A DNA stretch of 59,103 nt, filler included. It is 8 parts of 8 records of this genome, joined end to end, with 100 filler letters (N's around TTAATTAATTAA, not from the genome) between each part and the next. Parts side by side here need not be neighbours in the genome. Positions count along the whole stretch, not along the records: positions 1 to 10,367 come from SRR31147125_29010; 7 more parts are not named here. One strand, written 5' to 3'. The notes beneath the pieces were generated by a model. It searched no databases. It was given only the letters and a program-made list of their open reading frames with translations, and had not been told where the DNA came from. The translations under genes and the position numbers were made by a program. This document shows, one piece after another, positions 1 through 10,467 of the stretch; the first letter of the stretch is position 1, and every line of letters begins with the position of its first letter.

Positions 1-103
1 ATATAATCCTGATGAAGGTAACTAAACATGGTTTTGTGATTATAATCTGGTAGTTGCCGGGAGTGCTGAGTAGATAGGAAATACAATGTATTCAAAGAAG
101 AAA

Positions 104-204
104 TTGCCACAAAAACTTAAAGTCCCAAATTTGTACAATTGGTTATAAGACAATTCTTTGTTCTTCGGAAATTCAATTTGGGTCTTCGTGCCTTTTTGTG
201 GCAA
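104..204. repeat. Imperfect inverted repeat (REP/MITE-like palindrome)
   Basis: TTGCCACAAAAA (104-115) is the exact reverse complement of TTTTTGTGGCAA (193-204). Imperfect pairing extends inward to about 30 bp per arm (AAGTCCCAAATT vs AATTTGGGTCTT). Confidence 0.6.
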
Positions 205-236
205 AAATTCGATATATTTTTTACAATCGTTGCCAG

Positions 237-491
237 TTATTTCTTATCCTCAACACTAATCGTTTTTATTGAGGAAATTTTTTCCCAGTCGTAATATGTA
301 TTGCTTACTTTTCCACCTTCATTTTCAGAAATCCACACTATTGATTCTTCAAGGAAAATAGTTGCATTTTCATAAATCTTACCTTCGTTAATCTGTAATT
401 GCACACCTTTTCTCTGTTTTCGCGACAGCGTTCCATGCAATGGCATAGTCGCATACTCCAAAACTTTTTCCCACGTTTGCTTTATTTCCAT
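237..491 (-). CDS. Small hypothetical protein, last gene of a three-gene operon
   Basis: 84-aa ORF with ATG start, 14 bp downstream of the previous gene on the same strand. Confidence 0.7.
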   Translation of the reverse strand: MEIKQTWEKVLEYATMPLHGTLSRKQRKGVQLQINEGKIYENATIFLEESIVWISENEGGKVSNTYYDWEKISSIKTISVEDKK

Positions 492-505
492 AATTATGTT
501 ATTTA

Positions 506-910
506 TTAATTTTCAATTTTGGATTTAAATGTGTTGTAGGCTATAGTTTGTATTTCACGGATAGCTCCGTCAAGATCATCTAATTCATCGTTTGTTGGTG
601 CACTTCTATGATATTTTTCTATAGAGCAAATAGATTGGATATTTTCATACTTAAGAATTCGTTTTTTTAACGATTCATCTATACTCATAACCCTTTCAAG
701 CCCATTTATTAAATCGGTATATGTATGGTTGTCGGGTAGGGCATTATGAAAATCAAGAATAGCCATAATGTAACCTTCTAAAGACATTGACAACAGGTTA
801 TACCTAATCTCGTTGTTAAATTTACTTTTCTCTTTTTTTGGGGTCGCAGCTTTTAAATATTGCTCACCTTCCTGAAAAAATCTTCTCCATGTTATTTGTT
901 CAAGTTCCAT
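506..910 (-). CDS. Hypothetical protein, possibly HEPN-like helical fold
   Basis: The ORF track starts at 982, overlapping the upstream gene. The likelier start is ATG at 910 (MELEQITW). The pattern 'EQYLKAA...SMSLEGYIMAIL...PDNHTYTDLI' resembles the HEPN 'A.EK.LKA.L....P.THDL' motif. Confidence 0.55.
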   Translation of the reverse strand: MELEQITWRRFFQEGEQYLKAATPKKEKSKFNNEIRYNLLSMSLEGYIMAILDFHNALPDNHTYTDLINGLERVMSIDESLKKRILKYENIQSICSIEKYHRSAPTNDELDDLDGAIREIQTIAYNTFKSKIEN

Positions 911-929
911 TATATCAAAATTTAAAAGT

Positions 930-1322
930 TTAACTGCATGAGGTATTGCACGATGAACAAGAGCCACTGCAACTTGCAGCACTCATGGCACCAAGTGGTG
1001 TAAATTGATCTAACTCTTCATCATGCAAATAATTAATATTCTCTTGTACACTTTGTCCTTTAGCTTTGTAAACTTTTAGACCACTTTCTATAAATAAACC
1101 CAAAGCCATAAAAGTTATATCGTTGCTTATGATAGCTTCAATTCCTTTTCGTTTAAGTTCAAGGCTAATATTCCCTATTTTTTTGCTTATTTCTTCTGTT
1201 GCAAGCCATTCGTAAGATTGATCCTCACTGTCATAAACACACACATAATTTGTATTAAAAAAACCATTGGCAATGTTGTGTTTTTCGTTTTCATTATCGA
1301 TAACAGGTAATAGTACTTTCAT
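930..1322 (-). CDS. NifB/NifX-family (dinitrogenase FeMo-cofactor biosynthesis-like) protein with Cys-rich C-terminus
   Basis: MKVLLPV...GFFNTNYVCVYD...GIEAIISNDITFMALGLFIESGLKVYKA matches the NifX/NifB-C-like fold pattern. Tail is SCSGSCSSCNTSCS. Start placed at ATG 1322 because a sigma54 promoter would start transcription near 1350. Confidence 0.65.
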   Translation of the reverse strand: MKVLLPVIDNENEKHNIANGFFNTNYVCVYDSEDQSYEWLATEEISKKIGNISLELKRKGIEAIISNDITFMALGLFIESGLKVYKAKGQSVQENINYLHDEELDQFTPLGAMSAASCSGSCSSCNTSCS

Positions 1323-1360
1323 AACCACTTCGATTTTGTTAGACATTTGAAATCGATATC

Positions 1361-1377
1361 AACAATACATAAGCCAA
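1361..1377 (-). promoter_or_regulatory. Putative sigma54 (-24/-12) promoter
   Basis: The minus strand reads TTGGC-TTATGTA-TTGTT, i.e. GG-N10-GT. This has the spacing of TGGCACGNNNNTTGC with a GC>GT variant. Confidence 0.55.
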
Positions 1378-1432
1378 ACTGCTTATAGGTATGATTTAAA
1401 GGGGATTATCGTGCGAAATGGAATGTGCTAAA

Positions 1433-1477
1433 TGACAAAATGGTAAAAACGTATTTACTGAATTTACAGAAATGTAA
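1433..1477. promoter_or_regulatory. Putative enhancer-binding-protein sites
   Basis: Perfect palindrome TTACA-GAAA-TGTAA (1464-1477) and a related TGACA-AAAT-GGTAA (1433-1446). They are 31 bp apart and about 60-100 bp upstream of the sigma54 box. Confidence 0.4.
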
Positions 1478-1832
1478 TTTTATAATCGCTGATGAAAAAA
1501 CTTTTATTCAAAATTTTAGATTAATAAACAGGGGGATTCATCTACTCGTAAATTTACTATATAGATTCCTGGATTTCATTATGCATCTTTAATTTTATTA
1601 TTTGGGCATATTTTATAGTATTAGAATTATTGCCACTAAATCTCATTTTCGCTTTTAGGTGAGATACTTGTTATGAGTTGATGAAAAAGAGTTCGTTTTA
1701 CGATATAATTAGATTTTGTTAATCTTGAGATAATGGTTCTTATCGCAATTATCAGTGAGATTTGGTTTTTTTAATAATTCTATCTATTAAGGAGTTATAG
1801 CTCCGTTAGCTATTTACTAGATTTTTTAACAA

Positions 1833-2663
1833 TTAATCTTCATTCAAAAAAGGAATCGCAAAATCAGTATACATATTCATATTTCGCAGAGCATCAACAT
1901 GACCACATTTGGGAAGAATCATCAATCGTGAATTTGGAATTAACGAATATGCTCTATTGAAATCATCAATGGTAAAATACGAATCACTATCGCCTCCAAT
2001 AAGCAAAACTGGTTTATCAATATTACTTGCGGATTTATCACAGATCCATACAGAATCATTTAAGTGCTCAAGTTTATTATAAAAATCAATAAATCTGTCT
2101 GGCTCCGGCATTAATTGTTTCCTGGAATCAACAAATCCTTTGAATTTGGCAACAAAATCCTCTCCTGTCTCTTTTTTTTCATCTTTGGGCTTTTCGGAAT
2201 TTATGTATCTCGGACTAAGCGCCCCGGCAATACTTACAGTTTTAATTACCCTATTGGGATAATCAGCTGTAATTCGCAGAGCCGTTATTGCTCCGGAGCT
2301 GAATCCAATTATATTCGTACTGTCAACTCCTTCAGCATTCAATACTTTTATTATATCCTGTGCAAAGAGATAAAAACTATAGTTCCTTTCCCCAATCTCA
2401 GATTTACCATGACCTCTTAACGCAACAGCAATAACCTTAAATTCTTTTGTTAAAGTTGGGAGTATGTGTTTAAATTCACTGATATATCCAAACGTGTCAC
2501 CATGAATCAAAAGCAGAGGTTCCCCTTCTCCATAAACCTCATAATATATCTTTGCATCTTCGGTTTGAATATATTTTCCTGCATCAGGATTATTGCCGTA
2601 CGGTATTTGTCCAAATATTTCTGGTATAACAAGGACAAATATTAGAATCATATTTTTTATCAT
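1833..2663 (-). CDS. Secreted alpha/beta hydrolase
   Basis: Signal peptide, 'GEPLLLIHG', nucleophile elbow GFSSG, catalytic Asp/His region (GGDSD...CGH). Confidence 0.85.
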   Translation of the reverse strand: MIKNMILIFVLVIPEIFGQIPYGNNPDAGKYIQTEDAKIYYEVYGEGEPLLLIHGDTFGYISEFKHILPTLTKEFKVIAVALRGHGKSEIGERNYSFYLFAQDIIKVLNAEGVDSTNIIGFSSGAITALRITADYPNRVIKTVSIAGALSPRYINSEKPKDEKKETGEDFVAKFKGFVDSRKQLMPEPDRFIDFYNKLEHLNDSVWICDKSASNIDKPVLLIGGDSDSYFTIDDFNRAYSLIPNSRLMILPKCGHVDALRNMNMYTDFAIPFLNED

Positions 2664-2698
2664 AGATTTTTATTTTATTCTATTTTACTTGGAATAGT

Positions 2699-3337
2699 TT
2701 ATTCTTTTGTGATTTTTAAATTGGCAAAATAACCATCCCAAGACCAAAACCCAACCGATCCATCGCGTAATCCGTATTTCATATCATTTACAACTAAAAC
2801 AGGTTCCGGATTGTCGTTTACAAATGCCTTTACTGAAGTATCTTTAACTACCAGTTTTACATGGAACCACTCGTTCTTCTTGATATCTGCACCTCCTTCG
2901 TATTTTCCTGGGAAATTTTTTCGAAGAAAATGCCATGTATATTTGCTACCCTTGGCAACATATTGAACGGTTTTATCATGTTTTTCCGTCCCGGAATTAA
3001 AAGGTCTAAAGTATACACATTCGAAATTCTCACCATCTTTTGCACGAAACGCAATACCTGTAAAAATTTCTGAAGCAATATCACATTCTATAGTTCCGTT
3101 TTTGAATTCAAAATTTTTAAGATAAGCAGCATCAGCGCCTGTATCTTTATTTCTTAATTTTTTAAGGTGAAAAGCATTTTTGCCATCGTATTTTATTTTT
3201 TCAAACAAGACACTATCCGGAACATCAAGCTGGAATATTTGAAGATCGTATTTGATGACTTCTGTATTATTCGATTGAGCGGTTAGATGTAGCGTGATAA
3301 AACTAATTATCGCGATTGCAATTGTAATTTTTTTCAT
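2699..3337 (-). CDS. Secreted concanavalin-fold / DUF1080 (3-keto-disaccharide hydrolase-like) protein
   Basis: Signal peptide; 'FKNGTIECDIA...GIAFR...NEWFHVKLVV...GSVGFW...FANLKI'. Confidence 0.7.
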   Translation of the reverse strand: MKKITIAIAIISFITLHLTAQSNNTEVIKYDLQIFQLDVPDSVLFEKIKYDGKNAFHLKKLRNKDTGADAAYLKNFEFKNGTIECDIASEIFTGIAFRAKDGENFECVYFRPFNSGTEKHDKTVQYVAKGSKYTWHFLRKNFPGKYEGGADIKKNEWFHVKLVVKDTSVKAFVNDNPEPVLVVNDMKYGLRDGSVGFWSWDGYFANLKITKE

Positions 3338-3396
3338 GTGTCAAAAATTTGTGATTTATAATTGCAACGAAAGTCTGAATTAGTTGCCATACTGAG

Positions 3397-3441
3397 CATT
3401 TCATATTCCATTCAAAATACATTCAAAAGCCATTTAAATTA
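3397..3441. promoter_or_regulatory. Direct repeats with 11-bp period in a divergent intergenic region
   Basis: CATTCAAAA at 3409 and 3420, CATTTAAAT at 3431, and a weaker CATTTCATA at 3397. Confidence 0.45.
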
Positions 3442-3492
3442 AAATTGATAGTAAATATTCGTATTTTAGACCCAACATTATCAAAAACTAAA

Positions 3493-4753
3493 ATGCCCGA
3501 TCAGGAATTATTCTATATCGAAAAGTGCCTTGTGTTAATTGAAAAAAAACTTAATTGGGGTGCAAGTTCAAATTGGAAACAGCGCGATTTCGAAGCACTG
3601 TCAGAACAGATTTTTCAGGTAACAAAAATACAACTGAGTCTTTCTACCCTTAAGCGAATCTGGCAAAAGAATTATAAAAAGTCTTCCACAACAAAGCACC
3701 TTAAATGCACTTGCTCAATTTATTGGGTTTGAAAATTGGCAGGAGTTTAAGGCAAAAGAAAATGGAAATAATGAACGACCCCAAACTCAATCAAAACCAG
3801 TTACAGGATCCGGATTAGCAAAAATTTTTATTTTACTAATTCTTGTGTTGGCTGCTATTTGGATTGTACCAAAAATTAATTTCAATAAAATAGATGCCAA
3901 TAAGATAGATTTCTCAGTGAAAAGTATCTCGAACGATATTCCCAATACCGCTGTGTTTAAATATAATTTGGGAGGATATAGTTCAGATAATATTCAAATT
4001 CAGCAATCCTGGGACAAGAACAGACGAGAGAAAATTTCTGCTACTGACTCGGTGCATACCAGTATTTATTATTATCCTGGTTACTTCAATGCAAAACTAT
4101 TAATTGATGACCAGGTAATTAAAGAATACCCCATCCGGATTTCAACCAATGGCTGGAAAGCATTGGCAACAGAAACAGGCTATGATGAGATTCCGTCTTA
4201 TATTCCTGATGAATACATTTATTCTGAAGGGAAACTATATGTTTCGCCAGAAACGCTAAAGGAATACAATGTAGATTTAAAAGAAATCAGCCATTGGGTA
4301 CATTTTTATAATTCAAGGGAATTTGGTGGATTGGACTGCAACAATTTCATATTCGAAACTGCTGTGCGAAATTCGTTGGATGCAGGCGCTTTAACTTGCC
4401 AGGAAGCATATGTACGCCTTCATTTTGAAGATGGGCGTTGTGTTTTTCCGTTAGCCATTCCGGGCTGCTCTAGTAATCTCACGTTACGATATAATGAGTA
4501 TTACGAAGATGGTAAAAATAGCGATCTGTCTATGTTTGGTTGCGATATGAACGATTGGCAAAAACTAAAAGTAATCGCCAAAGATGGAACAGTTGATATT
4601 TATCTGCAAAACCAATTAATTAAAACTATCAATTACACCTATAACTCTGGAAAGATCGTGTATCTCCAATATAGGTTTAAAGGTTGTGGAGAGATAGATT
4701 ATGTATCGTTGAAGGATACCACCGGAAACGAGGTGTATTATGATGAATTTTAA
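3493..4753 (+). CDS. Membrane-anchored protein: N-terminal HTH-like domain, TM helix, extracytoplasmic PKD-like/beta-sandwich domain; frameshifted near 3676-3680
   Basis: ORFs 3445-3732 and 3845-4753 join if one A is removed from AAAAA at 3676-3680, giving ...LSLSTLKRIWQKNYKSLPQQSTLNALAQFIGFENWQEF..., then a TM segment (IFILLILVLAAIWIV). Confidence 0.7.
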
Positions 4754-6817
4754 AATGTAACATTTATTACTTCATCTTCAATTCTAATTCCTTCTTGTGT
4801 CCACAAATCAGCCCTATCCAAACCAGCTTTCACTGTATATGTTCCATCGGAGTATACCTGCGGTTTAAACGTATTTCCTTGAATTCGTAATGTATAGAGA
4901 ATTTCACCGTATTCTTCGTTAATCACTTGCACCACAGGATTATTAATTTCTCCAAAATTTAATTCTGGCAGGTATCCCACAATTTTTCTTCCATCGTTTT
5001 CCAGCATATCAAATGAAAATGGCCAACCCGCATATTGTTCATTATCTCCTTTATTAACATCTGCGTAACGAGGCCAGCATTCAAAAGTAATTTTTCTTGT
5101 TTTTTTATTGAAACGAATTAATCCATAACCATCGCCAACATTTACGTTGCTGTTGTTGGAAGTATCGCGGATTTCTTTCATGCTGTTGAACTGTGGATTT
5201 GCATAGGCCAACATGGTAATTTTATTGTATAAGCCATCAAGATAGTCACCTGTCCATGGTAAATCGTTCTTGATGGGTTCTCCTCCTCCGGGTTGCTCGT
5301 CAAGTGGCCACCACCACCGGCCATAATATGTGTTTACTATAGCTGGATTGGTAAATGCATACGGCCCATCACGGAATTCATCAATACCATGTTTTACGAT
5401 TACACTTAAGTGTTGATCACCACATAGGTGTGTAGCAAAAGCTTTGCGCAATTCAGTAAGTGCGTTGTTCCTACCTGTTTGAGGCCAACCATTGCAATCC
5501 AAGTCGGCGAGAAGCCTGTTATCTCCCGAGCCATGAAAATGTACTGCACCGCAGAATGCTGTTTGCGAAAGCACAGCCTTCATTTCCGTATTTTCCCAAC
5601 TTTGTCCCCATTCATTTAGAAATTTTAATTGACGGTCGCCCAAAAGTTTGAGATTTTCCACATCAACTTTTTTGGGATCGTACCCTTCTTCTTGTATGTG
5701 ATCGGGTCTTGGCCCCATTTGCGGAATTTTTCCTTTTGGCCCTGATTTAAATTTACGATCCTCTAAAATGGCAAAATCTACGCCTCCAATCCTAAGGTTG
5801 GTATAATAAACTCCAATCTTTTGTTCGCAAGGAGTTGGATCGTAAGGATCCGGTAGATGCCAGGTTTGGCATCGTTGAACCATGTTTACGTATTCCGCAG
5901 GATAAAAATATCCACCGTCGTCACCCGCAGAAGTTGAGGCCACTATACCGTTTTCTCCCCATAAGTTTGCCTGGCCAATATCATGATCATCAGGAATTGT
6001 AACAACAGGTCTGTCTTTTATAATTTCTTTAAATTGTTTTCCCCATAACAACCAGGCAACGGTGTGTTCAGTATGATCATAACTTTGGTCGCCACCAAAA
6101 AATAATAAATCCGGATCTTGCTTAATTAAATTGGAAACAATTCCATCCCTATCTCCCCTGTCTTGATTCGAATTACACGACATGGATGCTACAACGATTT
6201 CATCTTTGTGTATCGGATCTTTTCGGACGAGCCCTTCAAAAGATGCCTCTTTCCCATGAAGAATGCGGTACGCAATGTCTTTGGTATTATCCCAATTCTC
6301 AATTTCAAAATGTGCTGACCAACCCGGGTATTTTACTGGTTGAATATCAATTTTTTGCCACTTATCGCCCTTTTTCATTTCAAGTTTAACGAATTGTTCT
6401 TCATCTGGCATAAGCGGATACAATTGTGCTGTAATTTTTAGTTTTCCCTTATCGTGTGTATAAAGTGCAAAGGCAATAACTTCGTTTCGGGACACACGTG
6501 CAAATTTTGCGAGAAATCCTTCTGGTTCTGTTTCCCACATATCATACCGGGCATATAAATCTAAAATTTCACCACGTTCTCCGGGGAAAGGATTATCCGT
6601 TCTTATAGGCGGATTTTTTAAAAACTCATTATATTCTTTTTCATCAACTGAAAAACCTATTATTAAGAATAGCAAAAAGAAAAAAGAATTCAACCAGAAC
6701 CCTGCCATGAAATAATTTTATTTTTAACTTTTTTAAGTTAACGATGGTATAAATAAGGAAAATCAGTGGTACAATGCTTAAAGCGAACCAAAAGAGATTG
6801 GTAGAAAAAATTTCCAT
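4750..6817 (-). CDS. PhoD-like metallophosphoesterase (alkaline phosphatase D family) with N-terminal membrane anchor
   Basis: Motifs MSCN, GGDQSY, PDDHD and CGDQH. An upstream ATG at 6817 (MEIFSTNLFWFALSIVPLIFLIY) is one base out of frame with ORF 4750-6708, implying a frameshift near 6710-6720. Confidence 0.75.
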
Positions 6818-6968
6818 GGGTCAAACGTTTTAATTATTAAACACTTAGTTCTTTCTTAATTAAAGAAATAGAATTAGATAAGTATCTAAAATACTATTTT
6901 TGAAGCTTAAACCAACAGAATAGTTTTAATCAATTTAAATTATTATCAACATTCCTAAATTAAACTAG

Positions 6969-8198
6969 ATGAAACAAATAATTATAATTGCAATAATCAC
7001 CGGTATTTTTGTCACTATCGATGTCAATTCTCAAGCAAATTTTAAAAATGGTTATGTTGTAAATAATTCATTGGATACTATCCGCGGATATATTAATGTT
7101 AGATCGAATTTTCAGAACTCCAAGAGTTGTGAGTTCAAAAAATCTTTGGAGTCTGAGACAATAATTTATTACCCAAATGAAATCCAGGAATATAAGCCAA
7201 GCAATGAGAGGTCCTATATATCAAAAAAAATAATAATTGACAATGTTGAGAAAGAAGTTTTTCTAGAGTTTTTAGTTAGTGGGATTGTGAATTTATATTA
7301 TATAAAAGAATTGATTAACGACTATTATTTTATTGAAAAAAATGATACAATATATCAACTTTCGAATAATGAGGTAGAAATAATAAAGGATGGGACAAAA
7401 TATGAAAAAGATTCAAAGGAATATTTAAGAATTTTATCCTTTTTATTTCAAGAAAGTTCTCAAGCAAGAAATATGATTGCATCAACACAATTTAATCATA
7501 AATCTTTAATAAATATTACCAAAGACTATCATAATTCTGTTTGTGAAGATTATAGTTGCATTGATTACACAAAATCCTCAAATAACAATCTATTTATTGA
7601 ACCAGTAGTGGGATTTATCGTATCTCAAATGAGATTAAAAACGTCAACAAATCATTCGGAAAATTTGAGGATGAATGTAGGAGCTAATATTCGCTTCAAC
7701 CAATTTATAAAGAATCCATATGCAAGTTTTTCTGTAGGCTTGCATTATTCATCGAACAAATTTGATCATGAGTACTATAATACAATAATAACAGAATTTA
7801 AAAAGCCCCATCGTATTTATGCAGAATATTCGATTTTAAGGTTACCGTTAATTATTACCTATACTTTTCCGAAATCGCAATATCAACCATTTATTAATTT
7901 TGGGTTTAATAATATATTCATTTTTGATCTGGATTATAATGTAGAAAGAATATTTTATAACGATCTTACGGGAGTAAAACTACCATCATCGGACGTTATC
8001 TCAGACTTTAGGATATATCAATATGGTTTTACCGCAGGGGCAGGGCTAAAGTTTACTTTAGATAATAAATCATATTTTTATTTTTCAGGAAATTATGAGT
8101 ATAGAACGCCATTTGCAGTTACCTATGACCTAACAAATTATCAATATATCCATTCCATTATTTTTAATGTTGCCTACGGATTTCCAATAAGGAATTAA
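6969..8198 (+). CDS. Outer-membrane beta-barrel protein (PorT-like C-terminal barrel)
   Basis: Signal peptide, N-terminal 'GYVVNNSLDTIRGYI' domain, alternating aromatic beta strands ending in AYGF. Confidence 0.65.
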   Translation: MKQIIIIAIITGIFVTIDVNSQANFKNGYVVNNSLDTIRGYINVRSNFQNSKSCEFKKSLESETIIYYPNEIQEYKPSNERSYISKKIIIDNVEKEVFLEFLVSGIVNLYYIKELINDYYFIEKNDTIYQLSNNEVEIIKDGTKYEKDSKEYLRILSFLFQESSQARNMIASTQFNHKSLINITKDYHNSVCEDYSCIDYTKSSNNNLFIEPVVGFIVSQMRLKTSTNHSENLRMNVGANIRFNQFIKNPYASFSVGLHYSSNKFDHEYYNTIITEFKKPHRIYAEYSILRLPLIITYTFPKSQYQPFINFGFNNIFIFDLDYNVERIFYNDLTGVKLPSSDVISDFRIYQYGFTAGAGLKFTLDNKSYFYFSGNYEYRTPFAVTYDLTNYQYIHSIIFNVAYGFPIRN

Positions 8199-8344
8199 TT
8201 AAACTTAATCAAATTTGAAAACGAGTGCAGAAAAAGTGTTAAATATTTTTGTTATGATTATTAAATACTTAATATCTAGTTAAAAAAGAAATAACATTTG
8301 CTAAGTTACTAATTTGCTATTTTTGCAGCTTCAAAAAAATTAGG

Positions 8345-9274
8345 TTGAAGGTACATAAAGATTTAAATAATTTTCAGGCAAAAAATCCGGTTGTTACTAT
8401 CGGAAATTTTGATGGTATACACTTGGGTCATAAAAGCATAATATCAAGAGCAAAGGTATTGGCAAAAGAAATTGGGGGCGAAGTAGTGGTTTTAACACTT
8501 TGGCCACATCCTCGGGTTGTTCTTAAAAAAGCCTCTGCAGATCTCAAATTTCTAACTTTGATTGATGAAAAAATAGAGATCCTCGAAAGAACCGGAATCG
8601 ATCATTTGGTTATTTTTCCCTTCACAAAAGAATTTTCGAATGTTACCTACCATGATTTTGTTGTTGATTATATACTTGGGAAAATAGGGACAAAAAAAAT
8701 AATTGTGGGGTATAACCATCATTTTGGCAAGAACCGTGAGGGGAATTTTGAAAGTCTTAAAAAACTTGCATCAAAATATGATTTTTCGGCTGAACAAAAA
8801 AATCCAGAAATAGTTGATAGCTTTAGTATTAGTTCTTCAGAAATTAGGAGTGCTCTTTTTAAGGGTAAGATTAAACAGGCAAGTAAATTTCTTGGGTATA
8901 ATTATTTTTTAAGCGGGAATGTTGTAGAAGGTAAAAAACTTGGCAGGAGTATTGGCTTTCCAACTGCAAATATTCAGGTTGAAAATGAATTGAAACTTAT
9001 ACCAAAGGATGGAGTATATGCCGTTAAAGTTTATATAAATGAAGATGTTTACGGAGGAATGATGAACATTGGTGTAAAGCCAACTGTTGATAAGTCTGGG
9101 AATCAATCGTTAGAAGTACATTTATTTAATTTTGACAAGGATATTTATAACCAAATTATAAAAATAGAGTTTATAGATAGGCTTAGGGATGAAATGAAAT
9201 TTGAGAATTTAGAAGCTCTAAAAAATCAATTATCAGTTGATAAGAAAAATGCAAAATTAATTTTGGCATTATAA
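8345..9274 (+). CDS. ribF: Bifunctional riboflavin kinase/FAD synthetase
   Basis: TIGNFDGIHLGH, ISSSEIR, GRSIGFPTAN and LEVHLFNF motifs. A Bacteroidota -7 box (TATTTTTG) lies just upstream. Confidence 0.95.
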   Translation: MKVHKDLNNFQAKNPVVTIGNFDGIHLGHKSIISRAKVLAKEIGGEVVVLTLWPHPRVVLKKASADLKFLTLIDEKIEILERTGIDHLVIFPFTKEFSNVTYHDFVVDYILGKIGTKKIIVGYNHHFGKNREGNFESLKKLASKYDFSAEQKNPEIVDSFSISSSEIRSALFKGKIKQASKFLGYNYFLSGNVVEGKKLGRSIGFPTANIQVENELKLIPKDGVYAVKVYINEDVYGGMMNIGVKPTVDKSGNQSLEVHLFNFDKDIYNQIIKIEFIDRLRDEMKFENLEALKNQLSVDKKNAKLILAL

Positions 9275-9335
9275 ATAAGATTTATTAGTAACTTCATATT
9301 AACGAAATAAAATAAAACAAATAAATACATTTGAG

Positions 9336-10367
9336 ATGGAGACATTGACAGAACAATTACCTTACAAAGTAAAGGATCTAAGTCTTGCAGACTTCGGACG
9401 AAAAGAGATTGAGATTGCAGAGAAGGAAATGCCAGGATTAATTGCAGTTCGTAAAAAATATGCTGGACAGAAGCCACTTAAAGGTGCTAAGATTACAGGT
9501 TCATTGCACATGACTATTCAAACTGCGGTGTTAATTGAGACACTAGTTGAATTAGGTGCTGATGTGCGTTGGGCAAGCTGTAATATATTTTCAACACAAG
9601 ATCATGCCGCTGCAGCAATTGCCAAAGCAGGTATTCCTGTATTTGCCTGGAAAGGTGAAACACTGGCTGAGTATTGGTGGTGTACAGAACAAGCATTGAT
9701 CTTCCCTGATGGTTCCGGTCCGGATCTAATCGTAGATGATGGTGGTGATGCAACCATGATGGTTTTAGTGGGTGCTAAAGCCGAAAAAGATCCATCAATA
9801 TTAGATGAAGCAGTTGAAGCAGAAGATGAGATTCAACTTTATGCTAAATTAAAGGAATCACTTTCTGTTGCCCCAAGCAGGTGGACAAAAGTATCAGAAA
9901 AAATTCAAGGTGTTTCAGAAGAGACAACAACAGGCGTACACCGTTTATATCAATTAATGGAAAAAGGGGAATTGCCTTTCCCAGCAATTAATGTAAACGA
10001 TTCTGTTACAAAATCTAAATTCGATAACCTTTATGGTTGTAGAGAATCTTTAGCAGATGGTATTAAGCGTGCTACAGATGTAATGATTGCCGGTAAAGTA
10101 GTTGTTGTTCTTGGTTACGGAGATGTTGGTAAAGGTTGTGCTGCATCTATGCGTTCTTACGGTGCAAGAGTAATTGTTACCGAGATCGATCCAATTTGTG
10201 CGCTACAGGCTGCCATGGAAGGTTTTGAAGTGAAAACAATGGAACAAGCAGTTGAAGAAGGAAACATTTTTGTTACCACAACCGGAAACAAAGATGTTAT
10301 CACAATTGACCATATGGAGAAAATGAAAGATCAGGCAATTGTTTGTAATATTGGTCATTTTGATAAT
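9336..10367 (+). CDS. ahcY: Adenosylhomocysteinase (3' truncated by contig end)
   Basis: [54 protein letters not shown]. Confidence 0.97.
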
Positions 10368-10467
10368 NNNNNNNNNNNNNNNNNNNNNNNNNNNNNNNNN
10401 NNNNNNNNNNNTTAATTAATTAANNNNNNNNNNNNNNNNNNNNNNNNNNNNNNNNNNNNNNNNNNNN
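10368..10467. other. Artificial contig spacer
   Basis: N44-TTAATTAATTAA-N44; the linker has stop codons in all six frames. Confidence 0.98.
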
